From Octopus sinensis (taxonomy: Eukaryota), in assembly GCF_006345805.1 (NCBI RefSeq), contig NC_043011.1, positions 46,140,464 to 46,204,463 on the forward strand: a DNA stretch of 64,000 nucleotides, given 5' to 3'. Positions 51,876 through 64,000 of the stretch are shown one piece after another. The first letter of the stretch is position 1, and every line of letters begins with the position of its first letter. Under the pieces are notes generated by a model. The model ran no database searches, had not been told where the DNA came from, and worked only from the letters and a program-made list of their open reading frames with translations. Both the position numbers and the translations under genes were made by a program.

Positions 51876-52600
51876 GGAGGCGCAATGGCCCAGTGGTTAG
51901 GGCAGTGGACTCGCGGTCGGAGGATCACGGTTTTGATTTCCAGACTGGGCATTGTGTGAAAATACCTAAAGCCCCATGAGGCTCTGGTAGGAGGTGGTGT
52001 CGACACCTGTTGTACTCTTTCACCCCAACTTTCTCACACTCTTTCTTCCTTTTTCTTGGGTAACGCTTCAATGGACTGGCTTCCCGTCCAGCTGTGGGGA
52101 ACACATACGCCAAAGAAACCAGGAAACTGAGCCCATGAGCCTAGCTAGGCTTGAAAAGGGAGCATAAATAAATAAAAATATATATACCCGTTCGTGTCCG
52201 TTGCCAGCCTTGCCTGGCCCCCGTGCCGGTGACACGTAAAAGCACCATCCGTTTCGTGGCCGTTTGCCAGCTCTGTCTGGCCCCCGTGTTGGTGGCACGT
52301 AAAAGCACCATCCATGCGTGTCTGTTGCCAGCCTTGCCTGGCCCTGTGCCGGTGACACGTAAAAGTACCATCCGTTCGTGGCCGTTTGCCAGCTCTGTCT
52401 GGCACCTGTGCGGGTGGCACGTAAAAAGCACCCACTACACTCACGGAGTGGTTGGCGTTAGGAAAGGCATCCAGCCGTAGAAACACTGCCAGATCTGACT
52501 GGGCCTGATGAAGCCTTCCAGCTTCACAGACCCCAGTTGAACCGTCCAACCCATGCTAGCATGGAGAACGGACGCTAAATGATGATGATGATGATGATGA
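51876..52600 (+). mobile_element. Family D head joined to family C body with ~45-50-bp internal tandem repeats and (GAT)n tail
   Basis: Repeated GTTGCCAGC..GGCCCCCGTG..GGTG(A/G)CACGTAAAAGCACC units at 52195-52440. Tail ACCGTCCAACCCATGCTAGCATGG..GATGATGAT. Confidence 0.75.
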
Positions 52601-53948
52601 TACACACAGGTGAGCACATAAATGGTGCCATACAGTGAGACTAAACCCGGAACCATGTGGTTCGTAAGCAAGCTACTTACTACACAGCCACTCCTACGCC
52701 AAATATATGAATACAGAAAAAATATCATTTGAAGGCTGAGGACTAGAAAAATCAAAGTAATGATTTGTGAAGTTTCAGTCCACAACCAATTATAATATTT
52801 AACTCCAGTTTTTATTGAGTTCAATTAGTCCTTAATTATCCAGATGAGAATGTGGAGGAGTATTTTGTTTGGAAAATTGTTCAGATAGCCTAGCACAAGC
52901 AAAAGTTTGAAAAAAGAGTCTTCACTAAGTATTATTACATGAAAAATATGGTCACTATGTATGTTTACAATGTTTTCAATATCATCAAGCTGGACTGTTG
53001 ATGGTTTGATGTAATCCTAAGAAACACGGACCATTAACAAAGCATCTTTGGCTGTGAATGACTTGATATTATGTAGCAATCCTTTGTGTGTATTGTACTA
53101 ATTGATCAGAGCATGTATCATTTTATAGCAAACACATTTCTTTGTCAATTTGATGATTCCTTTATTGTGTGGCCATAGCTTTTGAAGTGGTGTTCAGTGT
53201 ATGTACACACATGCAAAACAAACAAGCAGGGCACTCCATAATTTTAACTAAATAATGCTTTGTTTTTGCATTAGCACTCTTTTGCTCTTTTACTTGTTTC
53301 AGTCATTTGACTGTGGCCATGCTGGAGCACTGCCTTTAGTCGAGCAAATCGACCCCAGGACTTATTCTTTGGAAGCCTAGTACTCATTCTATTGGTCACT
53401 TTTTTTACCAAACCACTAAGTTAATTCGACGTAAACACACCAGCATCGGTTTTCAAGCAATGTTGGGGGGACAAACACAGACATACAAACATATGCACAC
53501 ACATACATATATATATGATGGGCTTCTTTCAGTTTCCTTCTACCAAATACACTCACAAGGCTTGGTCAGCCCGAGGCTATAGTAGAAGACACTTGCTCAA
53601 GGTGCCATACAGTGGGAATGAACCCAGAATCATGTTGTTGGTAAGCAAGCTACTTACCACACAGCCACTCCTGTGCCAGAATAGTCTTTGTAAAACAGGA
53701 GTATATTTCATCCCCCACTCTATACACTAATAAGGATTTCAAATTTTGGCCCAGGGCTAGCAATTTTGAAGGAGGGGCATAAATCAGTTACATCAGCTCC
53801 AGTATTTAACTACTACTTATTTTATCAACCCCGAAAGGATGAAAACAAAGTCAACCTTGGCAGAATTTGATCTCAGAACATGAAGACAGACAAAATACTG
53901 CTAAGCATTTTGCCTGGCATGCCAATGATTCTGTCATCTCACTGCCTC

Positions 53949-54010
<62 letters not shown>

Positions 54011-54599
54011 TAAAGATAATTCTGCCATTGCTATTAGTCTTATTATTATTAATATATTCATCATTATTATTAATAAAATTAAATCAATGAATGCTAAGAG
54101 AACTTGCAGAAAATAAAACTAAAAGAAATTTGAAAGAAAAGAAGAGGGCCATGAACTCTGAAGCACAATAAACACCTTGTTCTGTAAGATTGCATCTAGT
54201 GTGTACTCATTTAAATGTCTGTTTTCTCCAAAATACCTTCCTTTACCTGAAGCAGCTGGGTTAAAAAAATCAGTTTATGGTTATTTTGATCTGAGAGGGT
54301 TGAACAAAGATATATTTATCTTGTATTTTGATACACACATTCAGTGGTCAGTTTATTGGCTAACATTTATAACAGGCAGCATACAAATGTCCAAGTACGC
54401 AATTACCATTCCTCCCATGCAACACGGCAAAAAAACATTGAAGTATAAAAGTATAAACAGACACCTCATACATATCTGCGTGTTAGTACATACTATATAT
54501 TAGTTATTTTGTTATCTTGGTAAGAATGGGTAAGCATTATCAATAGTGAAATGTTTGCCAAATGTGCCATCACAGCTGACATGTGTGTGCTAATGTTTG

Positions 54600-54837
54600 C
54601 AGCTACATGGTATATGTGTGTGTGTATATATATATACACACACACATACACAGATACATACAAACACACACATGTATGTATATATATATACATATATATA
54701 TAATTATATATACACCCATACACACACATGTACATACATATATATTTGTATATACATATTTATATATGTATATGCATATATATATGTATATATGTATACA
54801 TATCTATATACACACACACACACACATATATATACAC

Positions 54838-54870
<33 letters not shown>

Positions 54871-54974
54871 TATATATATGTATATATATAATATACACAT
54901 ATATGTATATATATATATACACATGTATATATATACGCATATGTATGTATATATATATACTTATATATATATAT

Positions 54975-55023
<49 letters not shown>

Positions 55024-55060
55024 TATATACATATATATATGTGTATAAATTAAATTAGAG
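54600..55060. repeat. Long compound (TA)n/(CA)n tract
   Basis: Direct inspection. Similar tracts at 5790-6070, 19640-19845 and 49620-49805; (AAT)n at 2105-2215, 6512-6625 and 53950-54005; (TATC)n at 3600-3675 and 33360-33440. Confidence 0.95.
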
Positions 55061-56730
55061 ATAAAACCACTATTAGGCAAATCAATATATATATAATATA
55101 TATATATACATAAATTCCAAAAAACACTTTGCTCTTCTATTATTAGCAAGTAACATCTAGAATCAAGGAATCACCCTGACTTTACCGATTACCTTGTAAG
55201 TGAAGAAATGGTTTAAGTAACTTTGAGCAAAATATGGTTACCAGTGCCAAATGAGTTTGATAAGTCTTAGAATTTTATAAAAACTTATATAGCAGTAATA
55301 ATAATAATAATAAGATTTAATCTAAAAAGTGAAAATAAATAAATAAAAAGGTCAAATGGAAACAGCAGTATTGATAATATAAAATAAACAATATGGAATG
55401 TGTATTTTAATGGCATGAAAATATTTCCGAGTTTTTCAAAAAACTTTGTAAATCAATTACAATAAATTTGCTGAACATTTGAAATCTAAAGTCTGTGAAC
55501 CTCACAGATCCTTACTATATGGGTTTTTTTTTGTAAATATTTAGATTTATACATTATTGATTACAAAAGGAAGATGTGTTTCATAAACTATGGAATAAAA
55601 CAAGAAACATAAGTGAACAATTGGAAAATGAACAGGAAGATAAAAGTATTGATAATTAAATACGAACAAGAAATATTATTTGGGAATAAAAGAAAGTGAA
55701 ATTATAATATGAGCAATAGAATCAATAGAGAAGTCTTTGAAAGAATTTCCCCTTCAGGTTTTTAGTGTAGCAAAAACAGGATGAATGAATTGTTGTAAAT
55801 AGGGAATAGAAGTCACTAGGACGTTACTAGCTGTAGAGATGGATGTTACCAGTGGCTGTGATAAAGCAAAGAAAACTTGGAAGGAAAAGATGTAGTTAAG
55901 ACCTGTGAACATTGAGTTTCGCTTAGCAAGTGATGCAAGCTGGTGACAGATGGTGGGATGTGATGTTAGGTATGTTTGTCTAACCAGTATTAAGCCAGGA
56001 CAAGATAAAAAAAAAACAAAAAACAAAAACAAACTAACACAAAATCACTGATGAGGTTTCTTTGAGCAATATGAATCCATGAGACAGGAGTTTTGGTTCT
56101 GAATAGCAAGCCACACTATCACAGAGAAGGTTGCAAAACTTTTGTTATCTATTTCTGACAGATTGGTAAACTGAAACATGTGTTATGTCCATACAATGAA
56201 ATGTCTCCAGCAGATATTAAATTACAAACCTTCATAATTTTCTCTCTGCAGCAGATAAATTTACCAAAGTGGAATCTCAGCTGGAATTGAAACTAATTTG
56301 CTTAGCTTCAAAGAACAGGCTGATATTAATGGATGTCATAAGAATATAAAAACAGGTTAACAGAAATAAGTGCAGTAACACACGAGGAAAAGGTGGATGA
56401 TGTACACATTAATCGAAAAGAGAGTAGAGTAGTAGTGTTTAGTAATGTGAGAAAGATAACCACATCAAAAATGACTTTCAGTTACATTTACATGAACTCA
56501 GATAAACATTCAAGAACCCCATAGATTTTGTTTACAGAAAATGGTAACAGAGAATATAGAAGATAGTCCATCTGTACATTAGCTGTTCTTTCAGCAAAAC
56601 ACTTCCTGCTATTAAAAAAATCTTATAACATTTACCTTGTTATATTTAAGTTGATTAAGACATATTACATACCTAGCACCATCAATCTAAAGAAAAGCAA
56701 GGGAATTCCTCTAAACGTCATAGAAAGAGA

Positions 56731-56784
<54 letters not shown>

Positions 56785-56965
56785 TAGTTGAATGAATTAT
56801 CTTAGTATGGATAATTCGGTTAACCGATACCTGGGTAGCAAATTCACATCAGAAAAACACGGTTGAAGCTACATGCCAAGGGCAGAGATCACGTGCTTTC
56901 GTGTGGAAATTTGTGTTTTTTTAAATACAAATAAATGAAAGAATGGAGTTGAACGATGATTTAAC

Positions 56966-57070
56966 AAAATTCCTTTATTTTCGACATATGTTTCGAAGGC
57001 TGCATATTCCTAATTTCAAAGGAATAAGGGGTGCATTATGCCGCCTTCTCATCAGGAAAAACAAGGAACT
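56966..57070 (-). ncRNA. Hammerhead ribozyme, minimal type I, copy 1 (intact core, GUC cleavage between 56983 and 56982)
   Basis: Minus strand reads UUUUC-CUGAUGA-GAAGGC..(extended stem II)..GCCUUC-GAAAC-AUAU-GUC-GAAAA. CUGAUGA = 57055-57049, GAAA = 56994-56991. Stem I is UUUUC/GAAAA, extended by CCUU/AAGG past an internal loop. Stem III is the palindrome ACAUAUGU. Confidence 0.88.
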
Positions 57071-57163
57071 TATATCAGCATCAAGATGAACAAATGCTCT
57101 TAGATGACTGCCCACACGGAGCCCATAGCGATAATGAGCGCTTCTTATATAAAGTGTTTCTTT

Positions 57164-57219
<56 letters not shown>

Positions 57220-57426
57220 ATATAATATATATATATATATATAAGTAGTTGAATGAATTATCTTAGTATGGATAATTCGGTTAACCGATACCTGGGTAGC
57301 AAATTCACATCAGAAAAACACGGTTGAAGCTACATGCCAAGGGCAGAGATCACGTGCTTTCGTGTGGAAATTTGTGTTTTTTTAAATACAAATAAATGAA
57401 AGAATGGAGTTGAACGATGATTTAAC

Positions 57427-57531
57427 AAAATTCCTTTATTTTCGACATATGTTTCGAAGGCTGCATATTCCTAATTTCAAAGGAATAAGGGGTGCATTAT
57501 GCCGCCTTCTCATCAGGAAAAACAAGGAACT
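57427..57531 (-). ncRNA. Hammerhead ribozyme, minimal type I, copy 2 (cleavage between 57444 and 57443)
   Basis: Identical to copy 1, 461 bp away. CUGAUGA = 57516-57510, GAAA = 57455-57452. Confidence 0.88.
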
Positions 57532-57624
57532 TATATCAGCATCAAGATGAACAAATGCTCTTAGATGACTGCCCACACGGAGCCCATAGCGATAATGAGT
57601 GCTTCTTATATAAAGTGTTTCTTT

Positions 57625-57660
<36 letters not shown>

Positions 57661-58223
57661 TATAACTATTTGGTTAAGAAGTTTGTTTTGCAGCTACATG
57701 GTTCCAGGTTCATTCTCACTGCTTAACACTTTACAATTTTCATCTATTTTATCCTCTGTCTGACCAGTGGACTACAAGTATTATTTGGAAGATGTGGACT
57801 CTAATGTCAAAACATTAACTTAGGGGTTTGAGAAATAAAGATTGGGGAAAAATCATATTGATATAAGCACAGGGTTAATACGATCATCTTATGTCCTTGA
57901 AGACAATGTGACCAGAATTCAATGATAAAAATCAGTAAAAGAACAAAAATAATATTTGAAAAAAAAAAAAAAAGGCTATTGTTTCCATTCTTTTTTTTTT
58001 TTTTTTACCGAAAGTTATATGGACAGCTGCCAAAATTACCTGTTGACTTGAATCACTAAATTTATATTTATCATTGGTTTTATTCCTGGCTACCTTCACT
58101 GTGAAGTGTTTGTGTCAGATTTGCAAATCTGCTTTACTCCCACCAACTTCTTTTGATATTTATTCTCAGTTTATTATACTGAAATAACTATAACTCTTCT
58201 AAATTAAACAGTATTATTACTAA

Positions 58224-58316
<93 letters not shown>

Positions 58317-58326
58317 TTATTATAGT

Positions 58327-58705
58327 GGAGGCGCAATGGCCCAGTGGTTAGGGCAGCGGACTCGCGGTCGTAGGATTGCGGTTTCGATTCCCAGACCGGG
58401 CGTTGTGAGTGTTTATTGAGCGAAAACACCTAAAGCTCCACGAGGCTCCGGCAGGGGGTGGTGGTGATCCCTGCTGTACTCTTTCACCACAACTTTCTCT
58501 CACTCTTACTTCCTGTTTCTGTTGTACCTGTATTTCAAAGGGCTGGCCTTGTCACTCTCTGTGTCACGCTGAATATCCCTGAGAACTACGGTAAGGGTAC
58601 ACGTGTCTGTGGAGTGCTCATCCACTTACACGTTTCACGAGCAGGCTGTTCCGTTGATCGAATCAACCGGAACCCTCGTCGTCGTAACCGAAGGAGTGCT
58701 TCCAT
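58327..58705 (+). mobile_element. Family D tRNA-derived SINE
   Basis: GGAGGCGCAATGGCCCAGTGGTTAGGGCAGCGGACTCGCGG head, also at 51876. Tail GGAACCCTCGTCGTCGTAACCG is shared with 36845-37160 (-) and 58860-59300 (+). Confidence 0.8.
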
Positions 58706-58859
58706 CCCATTATTATTGTTATTTCTCAGACACAGTATTTGAGTCAAAACTATTTTGTCAATAACAACAGACCGGTATTTCAATGAGATTCCTGTTTTAC
58801 ATTTAGTAGATCATAACAAGCATCCAGTTGTTGTTATCACATAGTTACAGAATGTAAAA

Positions 58860-59300
58860 AGCATGGGGCTTAGTGGTTAGGGCGTTCAGCCCACAATCAT
58901 GTGGTTGTGAGTTCAATTCCCTGTGGTGCATCATGTCCTTGAACAGGACACTTTATTTCGCCTTGCTCCAGTCTCCACTCAGCTGCCAAAAACAAGTAGT
59001 ACCTGTCTTTCAAAGGATCAGCCTTGTCACATTCTGTGTCATGCTGAATCTCCCTGAGAACTACATTAACCCTTTGAGCCTGTAACACCAGGCTCAAAGG
59101 GTTAACGAGCACCACTCCTTCAGTGGAGTGCATCTGGAAGCCAGGTATATAGTCAAATAATGTTCAGGATGCCAGGGCTCAAAAGGTTAAGGGTACACAT
59201 TTGAGGAGTGCTCAGTCACTTTCATGTTAATTCCACAAGCAAGCTGTTCTGTTGATTGCATCGACTGGAACCTTCATCTTCATAACTAATAGACTGTGAG
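58860..59300 (+). mobile_element. Family E SINE (CORE-like body, family D-type tail)
   Basis: GCATGGGGCTTAGTGGTTAGG head and GACACTTTATTTC..GCTCCAGT..CACTCAGCTG body. Related copies at 9410-9670, 33035-33230, 36845-37160 and 38215-38540. Confidence 0.65.
59070..59186. mobile_element. TTAA-targeted insertion inside a SINE, including a 32-bp TTAA-flanked hairpin
   Basis: TTAA(59066-69)-CCCTTTGAGCCTG-TAACAC-CAGGCTCAAAGGG-TTAA(59102-05)...GGGCTCAAAAGG-TTAA(59187-90). It interrupts the SINE tail at CTACATTAA|GGGTACAC. Confidence 0.75.
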
Positions 59301-60050
59301 TTTATTGTCGCAGATCAATCAACCTCAATCAAGCAGATCTATGGTCAAAGGTATTACAGTAACGATCCTTCTTCCTTTTAAGAGGATTTAGGACTACATT
59401 AGCTAATATGGCCTTTCCTTATTTATCTGGTAGGATATGATGAAAGGGAGATACAACTGCTATTTCTAGCATGCTGAGTGACTGCATAAAGGCTCCATTG
59501 TTGAGTCTCATTCTACTTTGTACATTACTTGTACCAATATTCTTTCATATGGAAGGAAAGGAAAACTAGAAGAAAAGTTCTTTCCCTATATTCTGAAAAT
59601 ACACTGTAGCTCTTACATAATAATTTGCATTTACACAAACACAAAAGAACCTTAAACAGGAAATAACTTAGCCATTACTTGGCTTCGACTGACTTAATAG
59701 CAGTGTTATAACCATGCATTCACACCTCGATGTCTGTGAGGTAGGGAGTAGATACAAACCTAAAAAGAATCACTGCCCTGGAATCCATCGGAACATGTGG
59801 ATACAATGTAACAGCTGTAGGGAGGAAGATAGGCAAAGTTGACCTTGGCAGGTTGTGAAATGGAAAAATACCACAAGGCATTTTCCCTAATGTTCTTATG
59901 ACTCTGTCAATTCACCACCTCATTTATGAAATATGAATTATATATATATATATATATATATATAATACAAAATTAGAAAATGGATCCCATGGTTGGTTGA
60001 ATTTTCAACCCCTATCTCATTTTATAATATATATATATATATATATATAT

Positions 60051-60418
60051 ACGAGCAACCCTTCCCCCATCCAATGGACGGTGCTGAGTTGTCAAACATT
60101 TAAACCAAATTTTCTCTAAACAACTTGTCTGACCGTCCCATAGGCCTCCCCTTTGAGAAACACTGATTTAACCTAAATTTGAGACACCAGCAAAAGAAGA
60201 AATAAAGACAGACTTTTTTCTATTCCAAAGAAAAAAGACTTTATTCACTTTATCGATCGCATTCTCACCTGGAACTGATTTTTGTAATTTTTTCAAGACT
60301 TATACATGCCCTGATACTGTCAGTATCTACGTATCAAATTTGAGTGCAATTGGATGGAGGATGCCTGAGATCCTAGAAGACACACACACACAGACAGAAT
60401 GGATTTTATATAATAGAT
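60051..60418 (+). mobile_element. HINE-like element, family 2
   Basis: Ends ACACACAGACAGAATGGATTTTATATAATAGAT. An inverted copy lies at ~10898-11234. Confidence 0.6.
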
Positions 60419-61574
60419 TATGTATGTCACTTTAAGCACAGAACAGACATTAAATGTATAGCTAGTCTCAGTTGAGTTGGTTCATTGTAAATATGCTTTG
60501 AAATTATTAAACTACTTTAAAACCTATTGAGTATTGAAATATAATTTGAAAGTAGTTTACCAATAAAGCTAGTTATAAATACAAGACATTAGTATAGTAT
60601 TTCTAATATTCTGTTAGAAAGCAAGCTATAAAAGAGTTAGAAGCAAGCATCATTACAAAAATGAAATTAATATAGTGTCTGTAGGTGCAGGAGTGGCTGT
60701 GTGGTAAGTAGCTTGCTTACTAACCGCATGGATCCAGGTTCATTCACACTGTGTGGCACCTTGGGCAATATCAATGTAAATAAAAAATCCTTAAAATTTG
60801 TTTGATAGCCAGACAAGTGTATGAAACATACTTTAAAGAACAATGCCATAATACAGACACCAGTATTCCCAGCTGGTTGAATCTAACAGCTATATATCTC
60901 TTAATATATTCTTCACAATGTACTATAAAATAGAAATCACATCTTAGAAATTTAAGATCTTAAGACAACTCATTTTATAAAAGAAATGTTGGAAGGGCCA
61001 TGATTAGAATCGTCACCAAAAACACTTTGATTATCTGCTTCTGTGTTATTGGTCAATGCGAGAAAGAGTAGCCAAGGGTATCCAAGTAATTCTAGACAAA
61101 TATCAAAAACTAATAGAGAATTGTCCATGTGTGGAAATGAAATAAGAGATCAAAGTCAGTATTACTGTGGAAGATTTTAACAAACTGATTAACAAAACAA
61201 AAGAAAAGAAAAGAAAAACAGAAAAAAAAGAAAATGGAAAGCAACAAAAATAATTCACCCTGGGAATGTAATTTGGTGATTTGCAATAAAATATCTGGAA
61301 ACCTTATGAGCGTGTTCCAGCCATGATCTTTGAAATAACAAGATTCCAACCGAGTTGGTGTTGGAATTACTTTGTATTGCATAAAGAAAACTGGTAAGTT
61401 TGGCATGAAGCTCATTCTTTTACACTTTGTTGATGATAATGATGATGATGATGATGACAACGATGATGATGATTGAGGTGATGGTGGGGGTGATGATGAT
61501 GATGATGATTATGTCGATGGAGACAACATAAAATGGAAAACTTCAAAGAATGGTTGTTTTTTAAGGCTGCACCT

Positions 61575-61729
61575 TGGCTGTGTGGTAAGTAGCTTGCTTA
61601 CCAACCACATGGTTCCGGGTTCAGTCCCACTGTGTGGCACTTTGGGCAAGTGTCTTCTACTATAGCCCCAAGCCAATCAAAGCCTTGTGAGTGGATTTGG
61701 TAGACGGAAACTGAAAGAAGCCCATCGTG

Positions 61730-61768
<39 letters not shown>

Positions 61769-61995
61769 TGTGTGTGTGTGTGTGTGTTTGTGTGTATGTC
61801 AGTGTTTGTCCCTCCAACATCACTTGACAACTGATGCTAGTGTGTTTACGTTCCTGTAACTTAGCAGTTCAGCAAAAGAGACCGATAGAATAAGTACTAG
61901 GCTTGCAAAGAACAAGTCCTGGGGTCGATTTGCTTGACTAAAGGCAGTACTCCAGCATGGCCACAGTCAAATGACTGAAAGAAGTAAAAGAGTAA
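61575..61995 (+). mobile_element. Family A SINE
   Basis: Full body with (TG)n core and TAAAAGAG tail. Confidence 0.88.
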
Positions 61996-62842
61996 AAGAG
62001 CAAAAAGAGTAAAGATAAAAAAAGAAAGAAGAAAGAGGGAGTGCTTATAGATGCAATTAAACAAGATTATCTGGTGCAATTTGTGTAACATCTTGTATCC
62101 AACAAACAATTTACTACAGTGCTTAATAATAATCAAAGCCAACCAGCTAATTAAATAAGTCATGTTTGCAATATATGCAACATATTAACTCAAATACTAA
62201 GCTAATTCCACATCTCCTGTCATAACCTTTAGATATTATTAAGGATTAACTGTGATGGCTTTGTTGTTGCAATCCACTAAATTATAGTGTTTGGGTAACT
62301 ATCCATTCACAAGCATTGAGCAAACATTGAATGGTTTAAAACTAAACAAAACAGAGATTTTCATGAAAGATAGAAAAGGAGTAAATGAAAAAAAGGAAGA
62401 AATGAAAATTAAAACAGAATTACCCAACAGCTTTGGTTACATAATCTTTCGCTTAATAATAATCATTATCCAATATTTGAAGTTGGTTTTTAAGTCTCTT
62501 TTAAGTAAGAAGAGCACATGGGGAAAATGAACTCAAAGCTACTGGGAGAAGAATTTAGATATCAGGTAGAGAGTAGATGTCTAATAAATTATAAAATTAT
62601 AATCAAATGTTGCTGTTGCTAGGCCAGAGCCTCTCAAAGCAATTTAGTAAGGTGGAACAAAATTGCTTTCAGGTCTCAGGGTGGGTGATAGTGGGGTGGT
62701 TCCTTTTCAAATCTAAGAGTACTAAGCTTTCTTTCCTTTTAAGAAGGTGATACTGGCTTATAGCCATGGGTTTCTTTACAGTTCTCTGGAGGCTAGCTGA
62801 ACATCCCTCTTCTAGGGCCTAGCAATGGCAATATAGGTGTTC

Positions 62843-63230
62843 ATCATCATCATCATCATCATCGTTTAACGTCCGCTTTCCATGCTAGCATGGGTTGGAC
62901 GGTTCAACTGGGGTCTGGGAAGCCCGAAGGCTGCACCAGGCCAGTCAGATCTGGCAGTGTTTCTACAGCTGGATGCCCTTCCTAACGCCAACCACTCTGT
63001 GAGTGTAGTGGGTGCTTTTTATGTGCCACCGACACAGGTGCCAGATGAGGCTGGTGAATAGCCATGCTTGGATGGTGCTTTTTACCTGCCACTGGCACGG
63101 AGGCCAGGCGAGGCTAGCAAACAGCCATGCTCGGATGGTGTTTGTTAAGTGCCACCGGCATGGAGGCCAGTCGATGCGGCGCTGGCTACGGCCACGTTCG
63201 GATGGTTCTCTTACGTGCCACCGTCACTTG
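62843..63230 (-). mobile_element. Family C SINE with internal tandem repeats
   Basis: (CAT)n-CGTTTAACGTCCGCTTTCCATGCTAGCATGGGTTGGACGG start. Related copies at 10555-10790, 44345-44630 and 46190-46462. Confidence 0.8.
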
Positions 63231-63952
63231 TATCACAACTACAAATTCCATAAACAATTAAGATTACAAGCAATTTTATGAGATTAAATCAATATATTTG
63301 AGCCAAACAAAAAAAAAAAAGAAAAAAGAAAAAAAAATACAATGTCATATGTTTGTATTATGGAACATTTGTTTCTTTCACTTCAAGATTGGAAACTAAT
63401 TCATCTACGTTAATTGTATATTAAGAGTTAAAAAATCTTTTTCAATAGAGAACTGCTGGTAGAGATCTATCAAAGAGAACTCTTCAAATACACATTCAAG
63501 ACTACATCCAAGTAAAATAAAATTGCAAATAAAACAACAAGATTCCTGTTATGACCTATGGCTTGTTATTAAGCCATTTTTCTTTGGTCTCTTCTATAGC
63601 TAATACAATGATCTCTTCTGAATTTAGTAATTCTGTGTCCATCCCCCATGGAAAAAACCTACCACAATGCACTTGCTTTTCTCCACCCATTATATATTTC
63701 TTTACTGCCCACAAGGGGCTAAACATAGAGGGGACAAACAAGGACAGACGAAGGGATTGAGTCGATTATATCGTCCCCAGTGCGAAACTGGTACTTAATT
63801 TATCGACTCCGAAAGGATGAAAGGCAAAGTTGACCTCGGCGGAATTTGAACTCAGAACGTAACGACAGACGAAATACCGCTAAGCATTTTGCCTGGTGCG
63901 CTAACGTGTCTGCCAGCTCGCTGATAATGCGAAGTGCATATCTATCTATCTA

Positions 63953-63989
<37 letters not shown>

Positions 63990-64000
63990 TTGTCTGTCTG

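Larger units (their letters stand above)
56735..57657 (-). mobile_element. Tandem dimer of a ~387-bp HHR-bearing element (Penelope pLTR-like / retrozyme-like) separated and flanked by (TA)n
   Basis: Units at ~56781-57167 and ~57242-57628 differ at one position I could see (C57139/T57600). AATAAA follows directly after the HHR cleavage site. No ORF. Confidence 0.75.

Noticed and set aside
56045-56105. Possible C/D box snoRNA (CTGATGA...CTGA)
   Set aside because: Short, no terminal stem, and no recognisable rRNA guide.
58327-58400. tRNA-like sequences (also at 51876, 34657 and the heads of families A and B)
   Set aside because: They continue directly into SINE bodies and lack a complete acceptor stem, so they are SINE heads, not tRNA genes.

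Overview
AT-rich, microsatellite-dense eukaryotic DNA, almost certainly from an octopus. That assignment is an inference from the tRNA-derived SINE families and the very high density of (TA)n/(CA)n/(AAT)n tracts. I cannot identify any protein-coding gene with confidence. Nearly all supplied ORFs are translations of microsatellites or SINEs, and only a few splice-bounded candidate exons are offered at low confidence. The window is dominated by dozens of SINE copies from about five modular families. It also holds non-autonomous DNA transposons (mariner deletion derivative, hAT/Charlie, Merlin-like, piggyBac-like TTAA MITEs, Helitron/HINE-like), 3' fragments of restriction-like-endonuclease LINEs sitting in (AAT)n, and several microsatellite-bounded tandem duplications. 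The most notable signal is a set of hammerhead ribozyme (HHR) motifs. Two fully intact minimal type I HHRs (GUC cleavage) lie on the minus strand in a 461-bp tandem repeat embedded in (TA)n at 56.7-57.7 kb, a retrozyme/Penelope-like arrangement. A tRNA-headed SINE carries a decayed HHR in its tail (three copies, two of them in an inverted head-to-head arrangement). SINE coordinates are approximate (+/- 10-20 bp); TIR/TSD and ribozyme coordinates were counted by hand.
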